Source: an uncultured Clostridia bacterium (GTDB taxonomy: Bacteria; Bacillota; Clostridia; TANB77; CAG-508). From it: DNA of 64,000 bases. The translations under genes and the position numbers were made by a program. How positions within the stretch are numbered: position 1 is the stretch's first letter; each line of letters starts with the position of its first letter. Shown here piece after piece: positions 35,311 to 45,053 of this stretch. The DNA lies in contig CALXVM010000003.1 of NCBI GenBank assembly GCA_944392105.1, positions 40,735-104,734 on the forward strand, given 5' to 3'. Under the pieces are notes generated by a model. That model worked only from the letters and a program-made list of their open reading frames with translations. It did no database searches and was not told where the DNA came from.

Positions 35311-35403
35311 TATCTTTTGTTTATTTTTTATTAGAAGTTACTTTCTCTTAATATATTTTATTTTTCAATTGACCAGAACTTTTTTACAACTCTAATTTAT
35401 TCT

Positions 35404-36843
35404 CTATAATCTTTTTTCTAAAACTTTTTTTGATGAAATTTTTATCTTCTTTACTCCTTTTATTTGCAAAACATGTTTATTTTCGATTTTTCTTTTTATA
35501 ATATAATCAACTGAATATGCAGACATTATAAACATAAATATTTGTGCTGTATATGCATATCTAGGTGTGCATTCAATTAACAAATAAACTCCTGTATATA
35601 CCAATAAAATTATAAGTAATAGAAATTGTTGATTACTCATATTTTTTCTATTAATCCATATTGCTAGTATAGATAACAATATAAATACATAAATAAATAG
35701 TTGGTTAATTTCATCTACAAGTTTTATTAAAGCATTGGCAGATATTTGTTTTCCTAATATATGTATAGATTTATCATTTAAATATGATAACGACCATCCT
35801 ACATCTGATGTTGCCCAAAAATGTTGTAATTTGTGTATAAATAATCTAGGTAATTTATCTATTGAGCCTATTGTATAATTATAAACCAAATTTTTCTTTT
35901 CACTTTCGGTTAAATTAAAAAATTCTTTTCCTAAGTTTTTATTATAGTCTCCCATTCTTTCTTGGTTAAATCCTACTGCAAATTTGTATAAAGTCTCTGT
36001 ATTTTTTAGTCCATTTGGACTAAGTCCACTATATTGAAATCCTAAAGAAACTATAGTAGTAATACTAAAATATACAATAGCCATAATACCTAGATTAACT
36101 AAACTTCTTTTTAACATTCCTTTTTTATATATTAATAATGTAAATAATATAATAGAGGTAATTGTAACTATAGCCTCTGGTCTTATTATATTTCCAATGG
36201 CTAAGCAAACTCCTATAAGTGTAAACTTTAATTTTTCGTTTATTTTTTTAGCTTTTTTCGAAATTAATAACCAAATGGCCAACAAGAACATAAAAGATGA
36301 TATATGTTGATTACTTAAAACACTATTAAATAGTAGTGGAAATGGAAAAAACATATAACAGCAACTTACAATTCTTGCAGCTTTTTCACTTGTAAATTCT
36401 TTTGCAAGTAGGTATACAAATAGTACAATTCCTGCTGAAAATAAACAGTTAACTATTTTTATAAGTAATGGTCCTTTTACAATTAACATTAAAATATACA
36501 TAAACATGGTATAACCCATTTGATATCCATATCTATTCATATATTCAGATTCTGTAATTACATTCCAGTTTCCATCAAGCATGTCATTTGCCATATTATA
36601 CATTACTGCATAGTCACTTTGTATGGGTGTTTTAAATATAAATACCACAATTAGCCTTAATATAAATGCTACTATAAATAGAACTAGTGCAAATTTAGGA
36701 ATTTTTATTTTATATGCAATAAAAATAATTCCTCCTAAAGTTACTAGACTTATAATTGGAAATTTAAAAAAATGACTGTAAAAGGCTAATCCTAATAGTA
36801 TAAATAATAAATAGATTAAAATTTTTCTTATTTTTTGATTCAT
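35404..36843 (-). CDS. GT39/ArnT-like (GT-C fold) membrane glycosyltransferase
   Basis: 479 aa with about 11 TM segments and a layout resembling PMT/ArnT-type enzymes. No catalytic motif verified. Confidence 0.55.
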   Translation of the reverse strand: MNQKIRKILIYLLFILLGLAFYSHFFKFPIISLVTLGGIIFIAYKIKIPKFALVLFIVAFILRLIVVFIFKTPIQSDYAVMYNMANDMLDGNWNVITESEYMNRYGYQMGYTMFMYILMLIVKGPLLIKIVNCLFSAGIVLFVYLLAKEFTSEKAARIVSCCYMFFPFPLLFNSVLSNQHISSFMFLLAIWLLISKKAKKINEKLKFTLIGVCLAIGNIIRPEAIVTITSIILFTLLIYKKGMLKRSLVNLGIMAIVYFSITTIVSLGFQYSGLSPNGLKNTETLYKFAVGFNQERMGDYNKNLGKEFFNLTESEKKNLVYNYTIGSIDKLPRLFIHKLQHFWATSDVGWSLSYLNDKSIHILGKQISANALIKLVDEINQLFIYVFILLSILAIWINRKNMSNQQFLLLIILLVYTGVYLLIECTPRYAYTAQIFMFIMSAYSVDYIIKRKIENKHVLQIKGVKKIKISSKKVLEKRL

Positions 36844-36924
36844 ATTAATTACTCCGTTTTATTATAATATTTTTCTTCTAACATCCCTAACATATATTAA
36901 ATCATATTTATTAACATATTTCAA

Positions 36925-37461
36925 TCAATAGGTATTATTGCTTATGTCTATATTAAAATAATCTCCACCTCTTGCATCAAATTCTATATAAATATTGCTT
37001 TCTGTTTTAACTTTCCATAGAGCCATGTCACTTTCTATGTTGTTTTCGAATTCTATAGTTTTAATTTCTTCATTTTTAAATCCATATTCTTCTAATATAT
37101 TTTTTGCTTTTTTTATTGCGTCTTCTTCAGTTATAATATTACTTTGTATAATATTTTCTGTATCTTTTTTTTGCTCTTCTATATTATTGTATATGCTATG
37201 AGTTTTTTCTTCATTTTTTTCAATCTCAGCTACTTTTTCAGGTGCTTTTTTTATAACGCTATAAGTTTTAGTCCCTGCATAAACTATTCCTATAACCAAA
37301 ATTAAACATGCACATGTTGTTAATGCAATTTTAAAAAACGAATATTTCTTTTTTTTAACTTTTACACTTTCTATACTTTCTTTAATAACTGTTCTAACTT
37401 TAGTCGGTACTTCCTTTTCTTCTCCCAAGTCATGAAATAACTTTTTTTCTATATCATTCAT
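36925..37461 (-). CDS. anti-sigma-factor-like single-pass membrane protein with PepSY-like C-terminal domain
   Basis: Its start overlaps the ECF sigma stop (ATGA). It has a short cytoplasmic N-terminus, one TM, and an extracytoplasmic domain (ITEEDAIKKAKNILEEYGF...). Confidence 0.6.
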   Translation of the reverse strand: MNDIEKKLFHDLGEEKEVPTKVRTVIKESIESVKVKKKKYSFFKIALTTCACLILVIGIVYAGTKTYSVIKKAPEKVAEIEKNEEKTHSIYNNIEEQKKDTENIIQSNIITEEDAIKKAKNILEEYGFKNEEIKTIEFENNIESDMALWKVKTESNIYIEFDARGGDYFNIDISNNTY

Positions 37462-37988
37462 TAATAATTCTCCCCTTTTTCTATAATATTTTTGATTTTT
37501 TGAATTGCTCTTGTTCTTTTAGTTTTTACAGTATTTATTTTTAAATTTAGTACTTCTCCTATTTCTTTGTCTGTAAATCTGTTCATATAATATAAAATTA
37601 CTATAGTTCTATCCTCTTCTTTTAATTTATTGCTTATAAATTTAAAATCTAATTTTATATTGGATTTTTCAATACTACTATCATTTATGCTTTGAGCATT
37701 TGCTATTTCTTCAAACGGTATTAAGTTTCTTTTTTTATTTCTTTTATAAATTAAATTTGTTTCATTTATTAAAATTCTTATTAACCAAGTTTTAAAGTAC
37801 TGATTTTCCTTTAATTTTCCTATGTTTTTATAAGCTATAATAGTAGTTTCTTGTATTGCATCATATACGTCATCATCGTCTTTTAATCTAGATTTTGCAA
37901 TATAATATAATTCTCTTTCCACCATTAACATAAGTTTTGTAAAAGAATTTTTATCTCCATTTTTTGCTTTTTCTACTAATTCCTCCAT
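37461..37988 (-). CDS. ECF-type sigma-70 family sigma factor
   Basis: Region 2 (AIQETTIIAYKNIGKL...FKTWLIRILINE) and region 4 HTH (FTDKEIGEVLNLKINTVKTKRTRAIQKI). Confidence 0.85.
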   Translation of the reverse strand: MEELVEKAKNGDKNSFTKLMLMVERELYYIAKSRLKDDDDVYDAIQETTIIAYKNIGKLKENQYFKTWLIRILINETNLIYKRNKKRNLIPFEEIANAQSINDSSIEKSNIKLDFKFISNKLKEEDRTIVILYYMNRFTDKEIGEVLNLKINTVKTKRTRAIQKIKNIIEKGENY

Positions 37989-38196
37989 GTTTCCTCCACT
38001 TTTATTTTCACACTTATTATATATATTTAGATAGCTTTTATGCCTTAAAAAGTTTCATTTTTATTTTATTTTTTGAAACTTTTTATAATTTATATATTCT
38101 CTAATATGTAATACAATTATAACATTTAAATTTTATGATAGTTATCATAAATTAAATTTGTTTAATTATTAATTGATATTATAGGAGGTTTTATTA

Positions 38197-38670
38197 ATGA
38201 ATAAAAAAATGATATTAGCCGTTATTATTTTTATTTTACTTATAATCTTGACGTTTGCGTTATTATTTTTGTTTAAAAGTCATTATATTAATAATTCGGG
38301 AAAAAAATTTGGAAATATGAGCAATGGGTCTGTAAATCATAGTACAAACGAAATTGTAAATACTAGAAAAATAATTATAGAACACTATGATTTATCACAA
38401 CACAAGATTTTAAAATCTATTGAAATACTAAATAAAGATAAAATAAATACTTTAACTAATATGATACAAGATTATGAAACCACACCAGAACATATAAAAT
38501 TACATGTTAATGGGAAATATGTTGTAAAGATGCCAGAAAATGTAATAATTTCATTTGATAATTTAGATGACACATATGTAAAATACGAAAATAGCTCGTT
38601 TAGTGATATCGTTTCTATTTCTCCTGAGTTTAAACCAATAGTTGCAGATTTACTAAATATAATTTATTAG
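38197..38670 (+). CDS. hypothetical membrane-anchored protein
   Basis: AGGAGG RBS, an N-terminal TM, and a 157-aa N/I/K-rich ectodomain. No family recognised. Confidence 0.5.
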   Translation: MNKKMILAVIIFILLIILTFALLFLFKSHYINNSGKKFGNMSNGSVNHSTNEIVNTRKIIIEHYDLSQHKILKSIEILNKDKINTLTNMIQDYETTPEHIKLHVNGKYVVKMPENVIISFDNLDDTYVKYENSSFSDIVSISPEFKPIVADLLNIIY

Positions 38671-38862
38671 CATTTTTTCTTAATTTAATAGATTTGCTTT
38701 TGATTATAATCCTTTTGTTTTTCTAATGTATACTACTCTATTACAATTTCATTTAAAGTTCTATGTTTCGTTCAAGTTACAAAAAGTTACATTTTTTTAT
38801 CTTTACAAGTTTAATTTCTTTGATATAATTTTTTTATAATAAATTTGAAAGGTGGGATACAT

Positions 38863-40107
38863 ATGTTAAAACTCAAGTATAACAAATTGATTACTACTTT
38901 GTTTATTCTTATTATTTTATTTGCTTTTTTTATTCCTAATGTAGCTTTAGCTAATCATGCATTTTCATGTGGTGGAGATTATGCTAATTTTTCAACATGG
39001 GATGATGCTATAACAGCTGCTAATTATTATGCTACAATGGGATACAGCTCATTTTATAGTACTGATCCTAGTTATTCTACTCTTAATGGTAATTTCAGTG
39101 ATGGTTGGAGAAGATTGCATAGTGATATATTATTTTTCTCTTCTCATGGAAATTCAAACGGAGTATATTTTCCAGATTCTTCTCTTGTAGTTTCAAATGG
39201 AAATTCTAGCAGTGTATATACTAAAAATGTTAATTGGGATTATGTACGATTAGTTGTTTTCGGAGGTTGTGAAACAGCTGCTGGTACATATAATATTACA
39301 AATGATACTCATGATAGAAAAGTAGAAGTTTCTATAGGTTGGCAACGAACTATAGGAAATGTTTCTCATTCTCAGTGGTTAGATCGCTTTAATTCTAAAA
39401 TAAATAGCGGTGCTACAGTTGGTGAAGCAGTAGACTATGCACATAGTTTTACCTATAACGACCCAAATGTAAAAAGAATTGTTAGAAGAGGTTCTGAAAA
39501 TTTAAGATTAAGACTTACTAGAGCCTTTAGTGTTGATGAATTTTCATCTAATTCAAATTCTAAATTTGGAAATAATTTAAAACCTTTAGAGAAATTAAAC
39601 ACAATAAATTTAAATAATAAGAAGATATTGTTTAATAGTAACAATGATATAGACAATATTATAAATGTTATAAAAGAAAACAATCCTTCTTTCAATAAAA
39701 ATGATTATAAAATAGATGTTATAGAAACTTCTTATGATAATGATTTTACAATAGACATTTATCTATTAGGAAGTAACAATAGCATAACAAATTATGGATA
39801 TACTGTAAATGTTTCTGACAATATAGTAACAAGTATTGTAGATAATACTTATGATATTAATCAAGTTAATGTTTTAAATTCTAATAGCAATGTAACAAAT
39901 GAAATTGAAAACTTAGCAAAGTCTGAAGGATTAGATAATTTAAAAAATAACTTAAAACCTGAATATCAAGATAAATGTAAAATATTAGACCAAAATACAA
40001 GTATTCATCAAGATTTAAAAAATAATTCAACATATATAGTTGTATTAACTCATTATACATTAGATGGAGAAAGTTCTGCTGTAGATGAGTATTTATATTA
40101 TTTATAA
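38863..40107 (+). CDS. secreted protein with possible His-Cys (caspase/clostripain-like) protease core
   Basis: ATG 38863 behind AAAGGTGGG. The signal peptide ends in VALA-NHA. FFSSHGNSNG and VVFGGCETAAG lie about 40 aa apart, an arrangement like the HG...C dyad of clan CD peptidases. The C-terminal half is N-rich. Confidence 0.45.
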   Translation: MLKLKYNKLITTLFILIILFAFFIPNVALANHAFSCGGDYANFSTWDDAITAANYYATMGYSSFYSTDPSYSTLNGNFSDGWRRLHSDILFFSSHGNSNGVYFPDSSLVVSNGNSSSVYTKNVNWDYVRLVVFGGCETAAGTYNITNDTHDRKVEVSIGWQRTIGNVSHSQWLDRFNSKINSGATVGEAVDYAHSFTYNDPNVKRIVRRGSENLRLRLTRAFSVDEFSSNSNSKFGNNLKPLEKLNTINLNNKKILFNSNNDIDNIINVIKENNPSFNKNDYKIDVIETSYDNDFTIDIYLLGSNNSITNYGYTVNVSDNIVTSIVDNTYDINQVNVLNSNSNVTNEIENLAKSEGLDNLKNNLKPEYQDKCKILDQNTSIHQDLKNNSTYIVVLTHYTLDGESSAVDEYLYYL

Positions 40108-40164
40108 TAAATTCAATCAAAAAAACACCAAACGGTGTTTTTTTGATTTGTATATGATTATCTC

Positions 40165-40909
40165 TTAATCATATAAGTTCTTATTTTCTATCTTTAATAT
40201 AACCGTATTTATTACAGTTTTTATATTCGGTTTTTGTATCTCATAATTGTTAAAATATTCTTTTATTGTATTTTCTTCGCAATTATAATACATAGCTTCT
40301 GTTGCTCGAATTACACTACTTTTAACGCTTCCTATTTTTATTATATTTTTTTGCAATTATGGGATATATATCTTTATTCATATTTACTATTACGTTAGAA
40401 TATTCTGTATAAACAATATATATAATGTCTTCTAAATATTGTGTTCCTTTATGCGAAAAATTATATCTTAAATAATGCAATTCACTTTGAATATTTAATT
40501 TTAATTTATTTTTCTTTTCAAAATAATTTTTTTCCAAAATTATTTTATCTATAGCGTTACATAATTCATATATTTCTGTCTGCTGTGATAATATAGTATA
40601 AATCATTTCATTTATTATATATTTTTTTTCAGCATAATCATTATATTTTAATTTTATTATAAGACTTTTTTTGTATTTTCGTCTTTTTTTTGGCATAATT
40701 TTATCTAAGTTTAAGGCAATATTGCGCAATGGCATTTTTAAATTTAATAATATTATGTCAATTTTTTCATCATTATTTAAAGTTCTTATAGCATCATTAA
40801 TGTCTGTTGATAGCTTAATTACTCTTATATCTTCCGAAATTCGATTTATCTGTGTCATTATTTCATTAGCTTCATAAATATTATCATCTATAATAAATAC
40901 ATTTACCAT
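40165..40909 (-). pseudogene. Spo0A-like regulator (degenerate receiver + Spo0A C-terminal domain) split by a frameshift
   Basis: ORF 40322..40909 ends ...HKGTQYLEDIIYIV...DIYPIIAKKYNKNRKR*. ORF 40165..40356 continues in another frame with ...SVKSSVIRATEAMYY...KPNIKTVINTV. Together they reproduce the Spo0A_C pattern. The frames switch in an A-rich run around 40322..40356. The receiver phospho-acceptor position reads LLNLKMP (Asn instead of Asp). Confidence 0.65.
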
Positions 40910-41586
40910 TTTTATTACCTCTATATTATTAGAGTTAAAAATGATTATAAACGTTTCAAAATTTAATAAATATATGTAAATATTTTATATTTATGAGACT
41001 TATATTCTATCTTTTTAATCTATCAAATCACTAATTTACCTTTGCAAAAAGTTTAGCATGTCCCCAAAAACTACTACTTATAAAAAGTTTTTTATAGAAT
41101 TTTTCTTTTGTTCATCTAATTCATTGTCGTTATAAATCATCCATTAATACTTTATAAGCAGTTTTTTCTTTCATTGCGTTGCTTATAAATCTACTAATTA
41201 ATAAAATACTTACGGTCATAATATCTATTAACAATATCATAAATTTAGTTTTTTAGATATTTTCCTCTTTTTTAGATTTTCAAAAAATAATAAAATATTT
41301 TTATATTTTGGTATATTCTATTTCAAGTATTATTAAAGTAAAATATATTCACAAAAGGTTTAAAAAATTTAACACTTTCACAACTGGCTTGTTTCTAATT
41401 ATCAAATAACTCTTTTACTTATTTATGTTATGATAATAATTATCAATTTGTATTTTGAGTTTTTGTGTTAGTTCATTTGTTAAATCTTCAGAATCTTTCA
41501 TTTGTAAATATTTTTCTATAACATCTTTGGGAAAAATACTATAATCACTATAGGACTCTATATCTTCAGTATTTATACTATTTGAG

Positions 41587-41922
41587 CTAATAACTTCTCC
41601 GTTCTTTATATGTAATTTTATATAGCTTTGTATAAAAATTGTTAAGTTTTAATACTTGATTTTCTATATTGTAGTTAGCAATTAAAACAACTATATAAAG
41701 GTCTGTATTTTCTCCATTTTCAATTTCTTCAATTTTGCTTGTTGAAATAAATGTTTCTAATTTTTCTTTTTCTAATAAGTGATTTATTAGAAATTCACTA
41801 TCTCCAACTAATTGCATTTTTGGTGGCAAAGTCATATAAAAAAGAATATAATAGCCTACAAATAAACCCAAAATTATTGCGACTAACATTATAAGTATAG
41901 TTAAAAGATATTTTTTTTTCAT
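41587..41922 (-). CDS. small membrane-anchored hypothetical protein (possibly truncated)
   Basis: 111 aa with an N-terminal TM. An open frame continues downstream after a frame change (41420..41586), suggesting decay. Its upstream promoter is shared with the 42563 gene. Confidence 0.4.
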   Translation of the reverse strand: MKKKYLLTILIMLVAIILGLFVGYYILFYMTLPPKMQLVGDSEFLINHLLEKEKLETFISTSKIEEIENGENTDLYIVVLIANYNIENQVLKLNNFYTKLYKITYKERRSY

Positions 41923-41962
41923 ATTTTTCCCCTTTTATTTTCCCATAATTTATTTCATATTA

Positions 41963-41991
41963 ATTTTACTATTTTATCTTGTAAAATGCAA
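41963..41991 (-). promoter_or_regulatory. promoter TTGCAT-17-TAAAAT (repeat copy 1)
   Basis: On the minus strand, the -35 is at 41991..41986 and the -10 at 41968..41963. The same 38-nt block ATAGTTTGCATTTTACAAGATAAAATAGTAAAATTAAT recurs at about 43000..43036. Confidence 0.5.
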
Positions 41992-42013
41992 ACTATCGTT
42001 TTATTATAACATA

Positions 42014-42436
42014 TTACTCAATCTTTTTTAACTCTTTTTTGGTATAATTATAATTTAACAGTATAAATAATAAACCGAAATAAAATACCAATAAAATTAT
42101 ACTAGTAAAAAAAATGAACCCTGTCATATTTTTATCTTCTATCATATATAAGTTCGATGCATTATCTATTTTTGTATTCTCTTCTTTTAGATAATTTATT
42201 TCATATTGTTGGAAATAAATTATATCAAAATCCCTTACCGTATCTGCCCATCTGTTTGTTTTTAAAAATAATATATATGAATCACTTGGCAATCCTAATT
42301 CTAAATTTAAATTTTCATTTTTAAAAAACATAATAACATAATCTTTGATGCACCATTTAAAGCTAATTATTATTAAGGTAACAATCAAAATAAATATTAG
42401 TATATTTGTAAATATACATACAAATTTTTTCATCAT
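42014..42436 (-). CDS. hypothetical two-TM membrane protein
   Basis: 140 aa with TM segments at both ends. A decayed paralog lies at 47974..48223. Confidence 0.45.
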   Translation of the reverse strand: MMKKFVCIFTNILIFILIVTLIIISFKWCIKDYVIMFFKNENLNLELGLPSDSYILFLKTNRWADTVRDFDIIYFQQYEINYLKEENTKIDNASNLYMIEDKNMTGFIFFTSIILLVFYFGLLFILLNYNYTKKELKKIE

Positions 42437-42562
42437 ATCTCCTTTTCATATTTTGAACTGGTTTTGTCTAAAATAGATTTTATGCTATATAATTCTTATT
42501 TTTATAATTCTATATAACAATATTTCTCTAATAATAAAAAACCGCATAAATTCAAGAAACAA

Positions 42563-42985
42563 CTATTCCATTTTGGGTATAATCTTATATTTTATTATAA
42601 ATATACAAAATAGTAATATTATAAAATAAGGCAATGAATATTTGATAAAAGCTTCTCCTTTTCCATTATGTTCTCTTACAAATTCAGGAGATACACCTAT
42701 TTCTATACTTTTATAAAACAAACTTGGAAAATATTGCATAATTTTAACTTCATTATTTTCCATGTTATAATCAGCTTCTAGAGTGATTATACTAAAATTT
42801 CCTATACTATATATTCCTTCATTTCTTAATGCTTTTCTATTTTTATTATTACACCACATTACGCTATCATAATGTAAATATATTGTAAACAGTGTTTGGA
42901 ATATTCTAATAATTGCTATGCTAACTATTAGAATTATAAAGATTATCAAAACAAAATATTTTATTTTTTTTACATTTTCCTTCAT
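42563..42985 (-). CDS. hypothetical two-TM membrane protein (paralog of 48322..48696)
   Basis: 140 aa. It aligns along its length with 48322..48696 (IAIIRIFQ(T/A)L(F/L)TIYL(H/Y)YDSV ... NGKGEAFIK(Y/C)SLPYFIILLF). The paralog lacks a 16-aa segment. Confidence 0.5.
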   Translation of the reverse strand: MKENVKKIKYFVLIIFIILIVSIAIIRIFQTLFTIYLHYDSVMWCNNKNRKALRNEGIYSIGNFSIITLEADYNMENNEVKIMQYFPSLFYKSIEIGVSPEFVREHNGKGEAFIKYSLPYFIILLFCIFIIKYKIIPKME

Positions 42986-43000
42986 ATTTTCCCCTTATTA

Positions 43001-43029
43001 ATTTTACTATTTTATCTTGTAAAATGCAA
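43001..43029 (-). promoter_or_regulatory. promoter TTGCAT-17-TAAAAT (repeat copy 2)
   Basis: On the minus strand, the -35 is at 43029..43024 and the -10 at 43006..43001, upstream of 42563..42985. Confidence 0.5.
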
Positions 43030-43203
43030 ACTATATAAACTATTTATTTTTCTTAATCTACAATCAATTCAATATTTTTACCCAAATTTATAGTCGGCAT
43101 AGTAATATACTCTTTTTATAGCCCACAACAAAAGTGGATTAAAGTGGAAAAATTTGACTTTATGTTACAATTTGGTATAATTATACATATTGGAGGGGAT
43201 TTG

Positions 43204-44229
43204 ATGAAGAGAAGTATTGTTATAGCAATTTCTATAATAATTTTATTTATACTCATTTTTGCAATAGTTTTAATTTTTATAGTAAAACACAAAGAAACTG
43301 CAGATACTCAAGAACCTGATACAAGTATAGTTTCACATTATAATAGTCCTGTTATTCCAGAAGGATTCCATTCAATTGATACAGAAACTGCAAAATGGAA
43401 TAAATTAGAAGATGGAACTATAGAGGGATGGAATTCAGGATTAGTAATAGAAGATAGTATTGGAAATCAATTTGTTTGGATTCCTGTCAACTTAGATTTT
43501 CCTGAAGACGCTGTTTATAGAACTGTAAATCAATATAAGAAAGATGAATTAGATATAAATAATATAGAAGATATGCAAATTATCAGATATGGAGGTTTTT
43601 ATATTTCCAGATATGAAGCTGGTGTACCTGATTCATTACAAGGCATAACTGATAATATTAGTGAAAAAACTAATGATATTCAAGGAATTCCAGTAAGCAA
43701 AAAAGGAATTATCCCTTGGAATTACATTAGTCTAAAAAATGCAAAGAAAAATGCTGAAAGTATGTATTCATCTCAACATTTAAGTAGTGGACTTCCAACA
43801 TTGAAACAAAGAGATTTTATTGCATTTTGGCTTTTATTATGTGGATACGATTTATATGATATATATGTTGATAGTTCCCCTATTGGTAATTATTCAAATG
43901 TAAATTTTGAGTTTACAGGTTATTATTCAGAGGATTATGGTAAAAGCTATAAATTTGGAGAAAATCATTTAAAAGCTGGCAGCAATATGATTTTATCTAC
44001 TGGTGCAACAGATAGAAATATGACCAATAATATATATGATTTAGCCGGAAATGTATGGGAGTATAGTAATAATTATTTTCCGCCAGATTCTCCAGATGAT
44101 ATTAAGGGATATATTTGCTATGGTGGTCATTTTGATAATATTGGTTCTTATAATTTATCTGCAGATGCTTTGAAAAACGTTGTTCCTCTTGAAAAAGTCG
44201 GATTTAGAATTGTGCTTTATCAGAAATAA
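43204..44229 (+). CDS. membrane-anchored FGE-sulfatase/SUMF1-like domain protein
   Basis: ATG 43204 behind GGAGGGG. An N-terminal TM, then GGFYISRYEAG, DLAGNVWEYS and a C-terminal VGFRIVLY. These match the family pattern of f-Y-I-x-k-y-E, G-N-V-W-E-W and G-F-R. Confidence 0.6.
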   Translation: MKRSIVIAISIIILFILIFAIVLIFIVKHKETADTQEPDTSIVSHYNSPVIPEGFHSIDTETAKWNKLEDGTIEGWNSGLVIEDSIGNQFVWIPVNLDFPEDAVYRTVNQYKKDELDINNIEDMQIIRYGGFYISRYEAGVPDSLQGITDNISEKTNDIQGIPVSKKGIIPWNYISLKNAKKNAESMYSSQHLSSGLPTLKQRDFIAFWLLLCGYDLYDIYVDSSPIGNYSNVNFEFTGYYSEDYGKSYKFGENHLKAGSNMILSTGATDRNMTNNIYDLAGNVWEYSNNYFPPDSPDDIKGYICYGGHFDNIGSYNLSADALKNVVPLEKVGFRIVLYQK

Positions 44230-44292
44230 AATATTTTATAGTTTGTGGAAGTACACTTAATATAAAAAATATATAATTAGGAGTAATTTTAC

Positions 44293-45012
44293 ATGAGTAC
44301 ATTAGTAATAGTAGATGACAACCTAGACTTTGTTATAAATTTATATAATCAAATAGTACAACTTCAAATACCTAAATTGCAAGTAACTTGTATAAATTCA
44401 AATGGTAAAGAAGCTATAAATACAATTATAAAATTAAAACCAGATATTGTTTTATTAGACTTATTTTTACAAGACATTAGTGGAATAGATGTATTAGATG
44501 AATTTATTAAACATAAAATAAACACTAAAATAATTGTTATGTCTGGTTATCCAGATTTAATTTATAAATGTCATGATAAAAAGTATTATAATTATATATA
44601 CAAAATATTAGCTAAGCCTTTTAATTATAAAGATTTATCTACTTTATTACAAACTTTATCTATTGAAAACAATTCTAAATTTTTAAGGACAGCTATTATT
44701 AACCAACTTAATTTGTTAAACTTCAGTCATAAATCTATTGGCTATAATTACTTAATAGACACTATTAGTTTAATTTTGGAAAGAAATTATAAGAGTTACA
44801 ACTTGGAAAAAGATATTTATGTACAATTATCTAAACAGTATAAAAATGTTAAAGCTTTTCAAATAAAGTGGAATATAGAAAAGCTAATACGAACGATGTA
44901 TAGAGACACTAATATACATACTTTGCACAACTTTTTTAACACTGATGAAGATACTAAACCAACTACAAAATTAATTATTAATACAGTTATAGACAAATGC
45001 ATAAACAGCTAA
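44293..45012 (+). CDS. Spo0A-like response regulator (intact receiver + Spo0A C-terminal DNA-binding domain)
   Basis: The receiver has DD (IVDDN), an acceptor Asp (VLLDLFL), Ser (IVMSG) and Lys (LAKPF). The C-terminus reads HKSIGYNYLIDTISL...IYVQLSKQYKNVKAFQIKWNIEKLIRTMY...KPTTKLIINTVIDK, matching the Spo0A_C pattern (GYxYLxxAI...YPxIAKKYxTTxSxVERAIRHAI...KPTNSEFI). Confidence 0.7.
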   Translation: MSTLVIVDDNLDFVINLYNQIVQLQIPKLQVTCINSNGKEAINTIIKLKPDIVLLDLFLQDISGIDVLDEFIKHKINTKIIVMSGYPDLIYKCHDKKYYNYIYKILAKPFNYKDLSTLLQTLSIENNSKFLRTAIINQLNLLNFSHKSIGYNYLIDTISLILERNYKSYNLEKDIYVQLSKQYKNVKAFQIKWNIEKLIRTMYRDTNIHTLHNFFNTDEDTKPTTKLIINTVIDKCINS

Positions 45013-45053
45013 TATACATTATATATTAGCTATTTATTCTTATTAATATTTAA

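Noticed and set aside
40910-41400. ~500-bp gap without ORFs in the island, checked for hidden genes or RNAs
   Set aside because: Only very short, RBS-less reading frames and no convincing hairpins or repeats were found. It was treated as decayed non-coding DNA.
41400-41590. Open frame continuing downstream of 41587..41922 (…SINTEDIESYSDYSIFPKDVIEKYLQMKDSEDLTNELTQKLKIQIDNYYHNINK)
   Set aside because: It has no start codon or RBS of its own and is reached only by a frame change after the stop. It probably represents a decayed 3' part of the upstream gene, so it is not reported as a separate CDS.
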